A stretch of DNA of 64,000 nt, taken from contig MNCI01003158.1 of the NCBI GenBank assembly GCA_015680685.1, positions 191,309-255,308 on the forward strand, given 5' to 3'. Shown in pieces: positions 50,110 to 64,000 of the stretch. Source of the stretch: Gnetum montanum. Taxonomy: Eukaryota; Plantae; Gnetophyta. The notes beneath the pieces are model-generated. The model saw nothing but the letters and a program-made list of their open reading frames with translations, did no database searches and was not told the DNA's origin. Position 1 is the stretch's first letter; each line of letters opens with the position of its first letter. The translations under genes were made by a program, and so were the position numbers.

Positions 50110-53100
50110 GTTTAGTAGTGTTGGATTACCTTTAAGGAATAGATGCCCAAGGAAGATAATCCCAGAAAACCCTTAAAGCATGACCTAGACACATTATTTT
50201 CACATTAATAAAATTCCTTTTTATGTATTTACTTTATCACATTCATTATGCATAATTCCAAATATTATACATATTTTACATTTTTGATGACATCCAAGGA
50301 CAAAATGTCACAATTGGTATTAGAGAAAGCCACAACCCAGGGCCAATCAAAATTAAGGGTTGACTACAATCCAATGACAAACCACCAACCACAATCTAGG
50401 ATGAACCATGAACCATCATAAAGTGTGCATAAGGTCCAAATGAATCATGTCAATCAAGAAGATACATTCCCAGTGACTTTCATAAATATCAAAGTGATTG
50501 GATTTCAAGGAGATACTTCAACAAGGATACCATTGGTTTAACTCTTACCCATATCTAGATGATGATTAACGTTTTCTTAGTTGCTTAAGGTTCGAAACTA
50601 CTAGGTCTCAACTTAGGGACCTAATTAAATAATCCTTTGTATTTTCTTTATAAAGTAATAGACTACAACCAAGTCTTCTAGGAAATTATCTTGTTTTTAA
50701 GTTTTATGATCCCTAGAACACCTAAACCCCAACAACTCAATATTGCATACCCTTATCTAGGTTCTAATCATCAATGAACATAAGGAAGTCAAGTTAGCCA
50801 TAAAATTTCCCCACCACTATTTAACTAGTAAGGGTCATTAGAAAGAACTTGGTAAGGAAACTAATAGTTATTAGACAACAATGAGGTCTTCTATCCTACT
50901 AACCTTCTCCTTAGAGTTAGGCAAATTAAGCTTAATAATCCTTATCCCATTTGTCATGTATGCCATCACATTATAACAAAAGTGAGTTCTTTAAGAGCAT
51001 TAAGTATGCTCATAGGCCACATTAATAATGAAAAATCAAAAATATAAGTCATTTTAGTTTTTCAAAATCATGAAAATTCAACATATTTTGTGGATCCCAA
51101 AACCATGTCAAATACATGGTACTCATTGAGATGATTTCAACAATAACAATTTTGTCTTAATTGGACTTATGATTTAGGAGTTATCAAGGTTTGAAGTTTC
51201 TTGTAAAACATGTCTTGATTAAATTTAAATTTAATTTTTTTTATAAATTTAGAAATTTAATTAAATTTTTAAATGTTTGGGACTTGGACTTAAACCCATG
51301 AATTCAATGTTTGCAATAGAAACTCTTATGCATTATCTAACTAACCACCTCAACCAAGCCTTGGCTTGTGCTAAGTTAGGATGGCATACCCTATATATAA
51401 TTTTAAAGTTATATATATATATATATATTATTGACATACATGAGTCTTTGCATAGGTTTCACAACCCCATCAAGGGTTGCACATGCCCCTGTTTGGGCTA
51501 TGCAGGCTAAAACCATCATCCCCTATGCTGTTATGGGTAGCCTCCACTAGCCTCATTTGTTGTGTTACTTGTTTACCTACTATTGCATTTACTTTGCAAC
51601 CTAACAACTACTCATTACTACTTGCCATTTGCACTCATCATTTGCCCTTGCATGACCTTTCCTCACTACTAAACCTACCTTCATCCTTATTGTCTACCCA
51701 CCACCACCACCAAGCTACCAATTTTTATCAATACTACCCACGCTTCATGCCACCACCATCCTTAGTGAATATGCTATAAAAACCCTCACCCTTGGAAAAT
51801 CAACCATTTCTTTTGGAGGTACAAACCTAGTATCCATGAACATCGATAGGATTAATGGTTTGTACCTCCTTCGATGCTTTTTAACACTAGCAAGATTGGT
51901 GGTCCATATTCCCCTAGCAACCATGAACACCAGTGATCCACACCTCCTAAGATGTAAATGAATTTTAGTTTTGAAAATTCAAATTCAAATACCAAATTTT
52001 GTTTAAATTTGACCAACCTAGTCAAATTAGCAGTTTGATAGAAACTGGGATAAAAAATTTATAATTAAGTATGCTTGTCTTGGAGTAGTATTGGAATTAG
52101 TGACCTCATGAGAAGCTCTCGGGAAGTCTTGAAATTCATGCCTAAATTTTAAACCTTAAAAGCCCATAACTTTTGATTTTAGTAGCCTTGTTTTGTGAAT
52201 AAATAATAATTTCTAACAATTTTTGGCCTCTTGGATGTAATGGTGAAATTAAAATTTCCATATTGGATCCCAAAAATTAGTTTTTAATTCCCTTTCTTAA
52301 ACTTTGCTTTAATAGCTTTGGGAGCTAAATTTAGTATAACACAAGCATCCAATGTTCATTTTTAGCATATAACTAGCCATTTCTAATATCCTTCATTCTT
52401 TAAATCTAATGATGATGTTAAGAAGCCCATAATTAATTGACAATTTAAATCATACTTTAGCAAGTTATAACCTAGATCAATTAACCATGTCTAATAATTT
52501 AATGATTAGGACTAACCCCTACTTATCATTAGTCACACTTTCAAAGTTAGTGTCCTAAGGTGGGGTAGAAAGGTCATTAAGAGTCTAGGAAATGTAGCCA
52601 AACCATTACCAACCCAACAAATTAAGCAATTGGAAAATCAATTGGTATGCTAGAACTACATTAAAGATTTATATCAATCCAACTAGCAATCAAATCAATT
52701 GATAGAGGTTGATCATCATGGAGAATCATCACCTTGTCTCGATAAGATGTATGTTACCAATGAGAGGGAATGAGTTAGGAGAGAACCTAGGAATATGGAT
52801 GAAGGTAGCAACATATAATGTCCTTGTAAGGTCCCTAGCTAATGAAAGACAAGAACAACTATGTCCACCTTGGACATTGAAGTAGCATGAATATTGATAT
52901 CCATGTATCCTTGTTAAATTATAAGATTTGAACACTAATGTCTTGTGTCTATATGAAGTCCTACCTACCTTGGGAGTTTTTATACGAACTCCAATCTAAT
53001 TTGAGAAAGTTGGAATATGAAGGCATTTAAAAGAAAAAAGGTTCTAATATTGGTTCTTCCTTCAAACCATATAGACTAGCCTATTGCAGAAACCACAACA

Positions 53101-54841
53101 TGGATGGTTATGCAATCTTCTACAAAGAAGCTGAGTTTGAGTTAATACAAAGACTTAAATAGAGATTAGAAGACATGATTTTTTAAATTCCAAAACTTCA
53201 AGTTATGAGGAAGAAAGAATGATCGAGATTCTAGAGAAACTACATAGCCTTGGCATTAGTACTTAAAATGCAATCATTAGGAAAGTGTGTATGTGTGACC
53301 AACACACATTTGATTATTAATTGAACATTTCTAGATGTTGGACTTTGTCAAGTATTTTGATTTATCAAATTGAGAAGAGCTAGAAGTATAAGGTATTTCT
53401 AACCTATACCAATCTTGACCTAATACCATTTATCTTTTGTAAAGACTTCAATGTGAAAGCTAAAAGTGGTTTTCATCAATTATTAAAATATGGAAGTGTG
53501 AAAGAGGCTTTGAAAAAGGATCTTGATTTGAAGAAGAAATTTTTCTCAATCTTCATACCATTCATTGATTAGTGTATATTTTTCCTACTATGAATCCTCA
53601 ATAGGCAAGTTGAATCCCTATATTCAAGAACAAATAATGCTAATGGATAGTGTTCATTAAGAACAAAAATTCACTAATTACACTACCATGATTACTAAGG
53701 ATGGGTCAACATTCTTCTTGATTGAGACTTAGATTACATTTGATATGATACATGATTCTTTCAAATTACCAAGTTGTTGGAGTTAATCCCTAAAGAAGAA
53801 GTTGAGGTGTAAGATCAAGCCCTGCCATCCTAAATAATGCCATCTAATCATATAGTCCTTATGATAAAATAATGACTACATCACTAGATCCCTAAGGTTG
53901 ATGAAAATCAAGGAGTTTCTTAACTTTGCTTCTATTTCTTATTTTCTTATTTTTCTTTCTTTATTTAATTTATACTTCTAAATTACATAAGTAAAATATT
54001 TTGGGTAGTACAAATGGGAAAAGCAATGTGCCCTACCTTTACTTAGGTAACTAGGGATATGAGTTGCATCTTGTGAAACCTTGGTTAGAATTAGTGATTG
54101 ATGGTTGATGGACCTTCAATTCACCTTTTGTTATTACCTAGAGATTGAGGTAAGTTGTTGATATGATAATATTTATTTTCCCCAAATATTCTTCTCACTT
54201 ATATTTAAATTACATAATGCATGAGACAAATTTAAACTTCAACCCCACTCAAAAGGAGAAAATCAAAGCATTAAAGTGCTAGAGCATAGGAAAAGATCCT
54301 TAATGCAAACTCATTCAAGGACAAACAAAAGATAAAGAAGGTAGTTTGTCATATCTCCATTTCCAAAATGGAGTTATTCAACAATAAAGATGGCTTTGCT
54401 TTGTAACGAAAGATGTAATTATTGTAATAACTTCCAAAAAAGCACGTTGTAATAATAGGCATGTCTCTTGAGATGATCTTTGGAGGTTTCACTAGAGGTA
54501 TTTATACTTAGGAATTAGAGGTCGTGCTAACATGGAGTTTCAAAGTTAGTAAAGACAAGTAATAGGTGTTAGGTAAAGCAGGATAGGAAGGTGACTGGTC
54601 ATCCCTTCTACCCAAGTACAAGCCTAATCCTAGTGGCAATGCTAGATTGCCTATAAGGGATAGATGTCAAGGGAAGATAACCCTAAGGAACCATTAGAGC
54701 ATGACTCGTATACATTATTTTCACATTAATAAAATTCCTTTTTATTTTCTTTTTCATTTTTCATATCGCATTAATTATGCATAATGTTAAATGTTGTACA
54801 TATTTGATGTTTTCCATGACATCCGGGAATGAGATGTCACA
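50110..54841 (+). mobile_element. Old decayed LTR retrotransposon (probably Ty3/gypsy)
   Basis: Partial 5' LTR ending ATGTCACA at 50312 followed by PBS-like TGGTATTAGAG; 3' LTR 54347-54841 (TGTCATATCTC...GAGATGTCACA) after a purine tract; shared CACATTAATAAAATTCCTTTT block; only gag-like traces inside. Confidence 0.7.
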
Positions 54842-54879
54842 TACACTCAGACACCAATCTAAGAAAACACTTTTAAGAT

Positions 54880-55500
54880 ACTAAGACTTTTTTAAGGACA
54901 ACTTAGAGTTAACAACATCAAAACAAAAATGTAGACTCTTGTATTTTGGCAAACTACCATGTGCTACTTGATTAAAATATGAACCAACCATTATTAAAGG
55001 TACAAAGTGCATTCTCAACCAATGCATCATCTTTAAAGATGATAAAATACATGAAAGTTCAATGCCTAAATTTTCCAAGTCTATGTTAAATTCATGTTTA
55101 GTCAATTCATTAGCAAAGAAGAGATCATACTAATGGCATTGGACGTTGATCTTGGTTGTAAGATATTTTCAATATTTTTTTATTATCAAGTTGCAAGTTA
55201 AATCTTTGAGACATATTGACAATATCATAATGTGCAGCAAGAGAAAAGTGCATCTTTATCTTCTTTCTATCCCTTTGACACTTCATTGCAATAGTCAAAG
55301 ACTCACCATGATGAACTTGATGTTTATCTATGTAATGAAAATTTGCTATGAGGGTAGTGGAGATGGAATCCTTTCAAATGAGGATGCTAAATCCTTTTCA
55401 ATAGTAAGCTCTCTTTTTCTTTTTGTAGTGTTTATAACAATATGGAGTGCTTTCCCCTTTAAAAAAAAATTGATATAAAAACAAAGAACTAGGATTTCAC
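54880..55500 (-). mobile_element. Possible decayed hAT transposase fragment
   Basis: Minus-strand traces of a CxAH..NL.LKD-like motif followed by KKILKISYN; frameshifted. Confidence 0.3.
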
Positions 55501-55932
55501 AATTTAGCTCCAATTAACAAAATAGTTATAGAATTCAAAGTTTAAATTAATGAGAAATGCAATTTTCAATATTGATGCTAAGCTTTCTAGTTACTATTAT
55601 GAGAAAATAAAATGAAGGTTTCAAACATGACTTAAAACTTTATATAACTTAGACACATTACATGTGCTTACCCATTCTTTTTCCTATGAGTTTTAATCAA
55701 TTGATCTCATCATAGAACAATGCAAACTACTCATTGAATATGTAATATCTTTAATACTATGTTAAAATTGAATGAATTTAGAATCACAAGATCCAAGACA
55801 TTGGAAATTTACACTTTGAGTATATTATTGAATTAGACTTATGTTAAACTAATGAACATAATTTAATATTGAAACATACTTTGAGTGATACACATTGTGT
55901 AGTGTAAATGATTGTTAACCAACTCATTATGT

Positions 55933-55990
55933 ATTATCATCATCCTAGCCTTATCCTAACAAAATGGGGTAGACTAACCAACTCATTATT
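55933..55990 (-). mobile_element. Very short RTE 3' tail
   Basis: ATCATCATCCTAGCCTTATCCTAACAAAATGGGGT is nearly identical to the RTE end at about 25685-25720. Confidence 0.7.
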
Positions 55991-56310
55991 CATGGAACAA
56001 AAAATTCTTTTAATGAGTTGGAATTTTCAAAAAGCATATACACAGACAATTTCTTCTATTCATCACAAGTCATATTATAAATTTCTTACATATACATCAT
56101 GTCATTATAAAAATGATTCTTGACCATTTGAGGAACTATCATAGCTCTTAGTAACAAATATCATTTCATAACTAATATTAATAAGCTACTTCTTATACCT
56201 CATTATGAGGATTGTTAACATTGTTGTGACGATAACACTGAATATGATGATGGTGGTAATAACCATTATGGTGATCTTTAATTATCTATTAATTTAATAA
56301 TGTTAAGCTT

Positions 56311-57461
56311 TGATGAGTGGTTGAGGTACCCCTATGACCAACTAGACAAATCACGAAGCATTCATGCATGATCTGGTCGAATTTTGCAGACTCTGTAGTT
56401 TCCAATACACTAGTCTCTTAAGAAGTGAACTTTTCTCTAAGGTCATTTGTTGTCTTCATAATTACACTTGTGATGTACAAATGTATGGTTAAGTGTAATC
56501 AAGGCATATGATTTTTATTGTTTTATGTTTTATGTTCTTTGGTGCTTAGAGTAGAGAGATGAAATCATTTAACAACTAATCTAATTTAACCACTTAACTA
56601 GTCTCTAACTAATCCTAACATAAGCATCTAGTCCCACTTTTCACACATGTCCTAAACCCACGTATCCACTGCTAGGTTACTAAGTGCTATGCTACTCGGT
56701 GCACCAAGTAATAACAGTGTTGGGATTAGCAAGCAAATACGTGTTTACGCTCAAAGCGGTTGTATTTATGTGCTTAATCTATTTAGCTTAAATAATTAAG
56801 TAATTACTTAAAGTATAATTTAGCTTAATTTATCTTAAATAATTACATATTTAATGAAAATAATGAATGCATAAATAAATCATTAATCTATTCTAAGTGC
56901 TACAAGGTTTGATCAAAAGGCTCATCTTTATTCTCATACACATTGGTGTGGTTCAAGTACAATAGTGCTTGAATAAAGATCTATATACTTTTTGACTCTT
57001 ATTGTGAACACTCAAAAGAAATATTCTAAATTTCAAATGGACAAACTATAAGAGCTCTGTACTACTATGAATTAATTCTCTATAAGCACAACTGGGAGCT
57101 CATATTTATAGTTTTTGCTATAGTATTGTGTCAATGGGGCCCTATAGGCATAGCAAATGCTACGTTGACGTGGCCTCGTCAATGGGTCAACACCATGTAA
57201 ATGGGGCCCCATTGATAGGGGCCCATTGATGAGGCCACATCAATGGGGGCCCATCAACAGAAACTTTGATGCTCATCATACCCCCACGACTAAATGAAAA
57301 CTCATCCTTGAGTTCCCTTAAGAAATTGGGAAGATATGGGGTTATTGATTGACTCTTAACAAAATAAACTAACTTGACAAAATTGAGTGCTGAAGTGTAC
57401 AAATCAAAAAATTACAAAAAATGGTGGTGTTCATGACACAAAATTGAATACCATTACATGA
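56311..57461 (-). mobile_element. Athila-family element A: 3' LTR (56311-57278), PPT and a short internal piece, interrupted by element B
   Basis: TGATGAG...GCTCATCA termini; the adjacent TACCCCCACGACTAA is a minus-strand PPT; the LTR end matches the reverse complement of 40890-40958. Confidence 0.88.
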
Positions 57462-60400
57462 TGATGAGTAGCGAGATACCCCTTACATCCAACCATATGA
57501 ATCACAAGCGTTCACGTATGATCTGGTCGAATTCTGTGGATGGGACTAGTTGTGGCATCTAGATCATTATGCCTTGATTGTAATTCATTGTCATCTCACT
57601 TGGACTAGTAGTAGCTTTGTCACATATAGTTTAGTCTAGAGTGAGGCATATGATTCTTGATGTTGTTTCAGCCTTATGCTACTTCTAATGATAATAAAGA
57701 AATCATTTGTTTAAACTAATTAAAAATGGGAAGTAAAGTCTAAACTAGCCTATAGGTGATGAGCATCTGTTCTCAACTTGTTGTACATGTCCTGAACCCA
57801 CGTATCCACTACTGGGATTACCAAGTGCTATGCTACTGGGTGAACCAAGTAATAACATTGCTGGGATTACTAAGTGAATACGTGTTTATGCTCGAAACTA
57901 GTTGCACTCATTCCATCAATTCATTAACATGCATGGAAATGTAAATATTAACTAAGTACATGGAATATAAATTGCATTAAAAGTAAATTTAATCTAAGTC
58001 AAAGTGATATAATGAATAAGAATCAATCTTGATCTTATTGCCATTCATGAAATATGTCTAAGTACATTTCCACTCAAATAAGACACCATACAACTAACTC
58101 AAATCCACACTACAGGCACTCATTGACTATTCTCTAAGATTACAGAATAAAACTACAAGAGTTTGGCTACTCTATTAACTAAGGAATGCTAATACATAGT
58201 GGGAGCATGTGTATTTATAGGCAAAAATAGACACTACATCAACAAAGCCTAGTTGACGTAATAGACTGCATCAATGGGGCCTTGTCGATGCAACTGACTA
58301 GTTATCGAGGCCCTATTATTGGGGCCTTGTTATCGGGGCTAAGATATTGGAGCCAACCAAAAATTTAAATTTTTATCAGATATTTCAACCAATTGATGAG
58401 TCATCATACCCCCATGACTAAATAAAAACATGTCCTCGAGTTAACAAGATAGGACTGAGCTTTCTTTACAAAAAATTGGGAATGATGGGATTATTAACTG
58501 ATGCTAACTATTGATTGACTCTGAGTGTTTCATTACAAAATTTTATTCGAGTGGATGCATACAAAATAACAAAGTGACAAAAAGATTGGATAGGCTTTGA
58601 AGATTACAAAATTTACAGAGGTCTTCAAGAATCCATTGAAGATGATTCTTCTTATTGTCGCTAGCAGTGGCAGACTTTCAACCTAGATTGTTCTATTGAT
58701 GCTTCTCTAGTTATGTGGAAAATTCTTGAAGGATGGATAGAAATTTCTTCCCATCATCCCATGGTTGTAGCAAACTTGTGATGCTCAAGCATCTATCTTA
58801 CATGTGCTATGATTTGTTCATGGGCATATCCTCCGTTGTCCCCCTCTTAGCTTTGTTTTCATGCTTGGAAAAAGACTTTCTTCCTTAGGTATTTCGTTAG
58901 TATCACATGTAGTCACCAAAGGATCAACATTAGTTTTGGTAAATTTTACTTAATAATTAACCCTTTTCAAATTCCTTAATTTTTGTTTAAGCACAAGGTG
59001 ATGATAGCATGCTATGCACAATGCTATGAGGTAACTAAAATCATTAAGCTATTTACATTATTTTAATCAATTACTATTAGTTACCATGATGTTAAAAAAT
59101 AGGATGTTAGAAAAATTCCAAAATTTCAAAGTGGAAATCCCTAGCTCCTATGACTAATAAGCATAACTCCGAAAGCACACAAGTTTTTGAACAATTGAAA
59201 CCAAAGGTCTGATTCAGAAGATGGCTAAGAAATATTGAACTTGAAGGATGTTTTAATAGAAAAGTAGGAGAAAAGTAAAACAAGAAAGTAATTGAAAGTG
59301 ATGAGAAGTAGTCCCAAAATTATGCATAAATTTAGAGAAATTGTCATTGATGTTCTAGAAGATGTGAAGGTTAGTTCAAAGCCATGATCAACAAAAGTTA
59401 TGGAAGTGGGTCCTCCCCAAAGCAGGCTCCTGCCATAATGCCCTTGCATAACCATTGCTATAGATGTTCGTGGGCACCCAAGAGGTTAAATGTAGACCAT
59501 GCCTTCATTCCAAACAACACACAACTACTATGGTTGGGATGTTACACTATACTACACAAAACCAAAAGGCTCATAATCGTATGTAGCAGTGAGGTGAATA
59601 ATGGGATGGAAAGGGATTGTAGAGATCAGGATGTAAGGTACTTGACCATGTCCACAATAGGTTCTTGTGAAGAATATGATTAAAATAATCAACATACTTA
59701 TTTGTCCAAGTTCAGACCAAGTCCATACGATGAATAGTAACCTTGCATTGATGTGTTTTTTCCTACCAACCACCTTGAGTCCACTACCACCTCAAAGAAC
59801 AAACATCACTCCAAAAAGAGAAGAAAAGAGAACAAAGAAGGAAGTGCCTTAGTTAAATGGGTGCCTTTAGGCATTGGTAACAAGTCTTTCTAGCCCCATA
59901 ACCAATGCTTGTAGCCCATTATTATTTCTAAGGGGTGTGCTTTGAATTCCCATTATTGTGTTTTTTTTCTCTCTTTTGTCTTTTTTTTATATGTTTGTTT
60001 GTTTTTTTTATGGGAACCACGCCATGCATAAACAAAGCTTCCTTTTTATTAGTTGATGGAGGAGTGATGATACATTCCAAAAGGAGTCGTAAACCACATG
60101 AAGGAAGACAAGAAGAAAACCTAGTAAGTTCCCTTGAGGTCACACCCTTCCCATTCCTACGTAGTCGTTCCCTCTTTCTTCAAGGTACAATGATCATTGA
60201 TTAATTTTAGTTTCATGAAAGAAGAACCAAATTGTTTCTATGAAAAATACCTTTTATTCAAAAAACTGGAGGGATGGATGAGGTGGTCTCACTACTTTAC
60301 ATAATTACTTACCTAATCATCTTGATAGCATAGCACAATAACCCAACACATAACATACTTTTTCATCATGACTTGCCAATATTATTAACAGAAATAGAAA

Positions 60401-61829
60401 AGACATTCATAAAACATAAAGGAAATGACTCAAGAATAGAGAAAAATATAAAGAAAAGAAAAATATTAAGAAATAGAAAACATATTAAGAATCAAAAAAT
60501 TTTGGAAGAAATAGGAAAATGATAAGAAATTGTAAAAATAAAAAGGTGGAAAAAATACTTATTATTTCTTGAACTAGGATGGAGCATCTCCCTCATGACT
60601 AATCTTATGGTTGCACATTCAGGAGATGGATTCACAATTCCCTAGTTATACACCATTGGTTTTCCATCTATCATGATTACTAATTTAATTAATCATGTGG
60701 TAGCACATCTAACATTGGTGATAGTCTCGTTTGGATCATTTGGAGATGTATCTTCATCTAGGCTTGAAGGTATTTCCATTTTGGGCAATCTAGATGTGTT
60801 TACTTCTTCTTCTTGATTTTCTATTTTAGATCATATGTCTCTGTGTTTAATATCCTTTTCCATTGTATAATCAAAGTGTAAGATATATGCATCTAAGTCC
60901 TCTAGTTGGTCCATTTTCTTAAGTCTAGAACTAATAAGCATATCAATTGCCTCCATGCATCTCTGAAACAATTTTACATTCATATTTTCAAGCCACTAGG
61001 TGTCTTCCAGTTTAGTGACTACTATGTAGATTAGTTTTTGCTCACACACTTGCTTTTGAACTTTTTTGTACACTATGTTAATAGTTTAAATTTTCAACTC
61101 ACAACTACACCCTTTACTATTATAAGTAATGCATGGATTCTTTTGTCTTTCCACAGTGATAGGTTCATTCCTTCTATTAGGTGTTGGAGTAATGATGGAT
61201 GTTGGTCCTTTCATAGGACTGGAAGACACTGATCGTGAAAAGAAGGGTGTTGTACTTGATTGGCATTGTGCTAGTTTGGACAAGTTAGTAGGTCCATGAG
61301 TGTTGTGCTTATGCATGGGAACCATCCTAAAGAAAGTATGTCTCCGAGATTATGGTGGAGATCTACTAGCATTATCATTTCTGTGTATGTTCATAGCACA
61401 AGTGGCATTCTCTCATTGATGTCGTGGTGTTGAACTTTCCTGTATTATTGGTGGTGACATATGGTGGAGGAAAGTATGAGANACTGGTAGTAAGGGTAGG
61501 GCTGGTTTGGTGGTGGCATCCCCCACGACTATGGGTTTTGCCACTATTTTTGATGACAATGTTGAGGCTAGTAATAAGTCCCCCTAGGATAATATGATTG
61601 GTTGTGGGACTATCTATAATTACCATGTGAAAAAAGAAATCTCCTAGGCATGTGCTTTTGTACAAATTTGGGATTTAATGTAAAAGTTCAATACTCATGT
61701 AGATGTGACACTTGAACAATGGCCCTTTGAGTGGTCATATATGTAGATGTCACATCCATCGTCTTTATTTGTGGTTGAGTCTATAGCCTCACTTTCTTCA
61801 ACCATGTTTCCTATTCCTCGATAAGTGTT

Positions 61830-62900
61830 CCTAGCTATTTCTTAGTTTTGCTTCCTCTGTTTATTGTGATTTCCTGGTTCATTTTGTGTTACTTTCTCCT
61901 CTATATTTTCTATGAAAGTTGTAGCTTTTTCATTTATCCACTCTAACATCCTATCTAGCCTTGCCTGGAGTTCATCAAGAGATTGTTGCCATGGCAAGGT
62001 TTGTTGTGAAATCACCTCATTGAGAGCTGCCTCTTTTTCCTCATCATAGATATGGTCCCTTTTCCTATGAAGAGTTGGGTCCTGGTTATTTTCCTTAAAA
62101 TTCTCTTGTTTACATAGCTCTTCTTCTTCTTTTTCCACCTGCTTGATTAGCTTTTGTATCTGATGGGCTTTTATTTCGTATGATCAACCTTGAGCATACA
62201 TCCCAAGGGTTTCCCTTCTTTCATTATGAATCCCATCTATGATGTGGAAAAGTTGCTCTTTTTGAGAGAAATCATGGCTGAGACATCTATGTAGTAGCAA
62301 ATAGTATCTATCCAAGGCCACATCCAAGGGTTCATGATTTTCTTACTTCCACCCTTGGATTTTTTTTCTTAGGTTGGACACTCTTGCATAGGTTTGGTAT
62401 TTTTCGTTGAAAAGTTCTTACATTGTGGGCCATTGGTGGATGGAACTTGGTTCCAACAATCTATACCACCTTTCAGCTTCGTCTATTAGTGTCATAGGGA
62501 AGAGCTTCAGCTTTTGTCACTTTTGCAAGGTACAAGCATCATGGAAGGCTTGTAAGTGATGTTGTGGATCAGAATCATAGCCTCCTACAAATTTAGGAAT
62601 ATTATTCATATTAAGCCTTTTTATGCGACTTTCCCTGTTTTCCTATGGGGTATCTTAACTGCTTCTATGATCTGCATCAAGCTCTTAGTGGTCAACAAGG
62701 GTTCATTGCCATCAGACGTGTCATGGAAAAAATTGCTATTTCTATTCGCCCGATTGTGATGGTTTTGGCTATGTTCATGTTTAGGTCTTTGATTTTTCCC
62801 GTAGTTTTAATTTCTACCCTTATTTCAACCCCATAGTAGAGCTTTGTCTTTATACCTACATTCATCTTCATTAAAACTAGATGTTTAAGAGGAAGAGAAA
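61830..62900 (-). pseudogene. Decayed gag of element B
   Basis: FVGGYDSDPQHHLQAFHDAC, KLKLFPMTLIDEAERWYR and KEEEELCKQENFKENNQDPTLHRK match the gag of the 31878-40958 element. Confidence 0.88.
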
Positions 62901-63310
62901 GATGAGAAACTAGGAGGATTGCCATGGCTTCGATGGTATTCACCATAGTTCCTTGATTTATCTTTTTTAGGTTTTGAGGAGGTCCTAGGCCTTGAGGCCT
63001 CCCTTGGTCCAAGACTTACTTCATCTCATCTAAGGTTGTCTGTCTTAGATGAATGTAATCCTTGAGTGTTGTCAAGGTGGTTATGAACATATGAAACCCT
63101 TGCATGAGGTTGGTCACTCCAATTTTCTTCAATATATATTTCATTAGTTCTTCAATGAATGTTCTCTCCATACGATGCATTATCGCTTCCTTGTGAAAGA
63201 GACAATCTGGTTAGTTAATGATGCGTGTGACTTAATATTTTCTAAAATACAAATTGTTAATGCATTTACAGCAATCGTGTATGATATAACTAATCTAGAT
63301 AACTAGCACC

Positions 63311-63330
63311 ATCCTCGACAATAGTGCCAA
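63311..63330 (-). promoter_or_regulatory. Primer-binding site, degenerate tRNA-Asp type (Athila)
   Basis: Minus strand reads TTGGCACTATTGTCGAGGAT next to the LTR end, a transition-decayed form of TGGCGCCGTTGCCGGGGA. Confidence 0.7.
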
Positions 63331-63960
63331 TGATGAGCAGTGAGGTACCCCCTACGTCCAACCATATGAATCACAAGCATTCATGCATGATCTAGTCAAA
63401 TTCCATGGATGGGACTAGTTGTGGCATCTAGATCATTATGCCTTGATTGTAGTTCATTGTCTTCTCACTTGGACTAGTGGTAGCTTTGTCACATATAGTT
63501 TAGTCCAAAGTGAGGCATATGATTCTTGATGTTGTTTTGTTCTTATGCTACTCCTAACAATAATAAAGAAATCATTGGTTTTGAACTAATTAACAATGAA
63601 AAGTAAATTCTAAATTAGCCTACAAGCAATGAGTGTCCATTCCCAGCTTACTGTACACATCCTAAACCCACACATTGACTATTGGGATTACCAAGTGCTA
63701 TGCTATTATCCGAACCAAGCAATAACATTACTAGGATTACCAAGTGAATATATGCTAATGCTTGAAACTAGTTGCATTCATTCTGCCAATTCATTAACAT
63801 GCATGGAAATGTAAATATTAACTAAGTACATGGAATATAAATTGCTTTAAAATTAAATTTAATCTAAGTCAAAGTGCTATAATGAATAAGAATCAATCTT
63901 GATCTTATTGCCATTCATGGAATGTGTCCAGGTACGTTGCCACTTGAATAAGACATTGTA

Positions 63961-64000
63961 TGATGAGTGGCGAGGTACCCCTACACTCCACCATACGAAT
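63961..64000 (-). mobile_element. LTR terminus of a third Athila-family element (C) inserted in the 5' LTR of B; runs out of the window
   Basis: TGATGAGTGGCGAGGTACCCCTAC matches the termini at 56311, 57462 and 63331. Confidence 0.85.

Larger units (their letters stand above)
57462..63960 (-). mobile_element. Athila-family element B, gag-only non-autonomous; 3' LTR 57462-58406, 5' LTR from 63331, interrupted at 63960
   Basis: LTR pair aligns (57462-58090 vs 63331-63960); PPT 58407-58421; decayed gag homologous to 32900-33770; no RT, RH or INT. Confidence 0.9.

Overview
Plant nuclear genomic DNA: AT-rich, repeat-dense, with heavy C-to-T decay in the repeats and a few assembly Ns. The species cannot be identified from the sequence. 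One host gene is present: the 3' part of a SUV3-type (DExH16-like) mitochondrial RNA helicase on the + strand. It has 11 visible exons (5534-27209), an intact 345-codon frame and canonical GT-AG introns; its 5' exons lie upstream of the window. Its introns, including one of 13 kb, and the 37 kb downstream are filled with decayed transposons: several L1-type LINEs, RTE tails, a non-autonomous CRM-like LTR element, an Athila-like Ty3/gypsy nested in a LINE, three nested Athila-family elements, a Tourist MITE and a 470-bp tandem array. The standout observation is a 5'-truncated retroposon with poly(A) tail and target-site duplication (23109-23994, minus strand). Its reading frame, absent from the ORF track, encodes a coiled coil followed by a DnaJ/Hsp40 J-domain with an intact HPD motif. 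A diverged collinear homolog lies directly after the EN-RT-zinc-finger region of the full-length LINE at 9566-14900. Together these suggest a LINE lineage that carries its own Hsp70 co-chaperone domain. All family assignments come from motif recognition by eye, not database searches.
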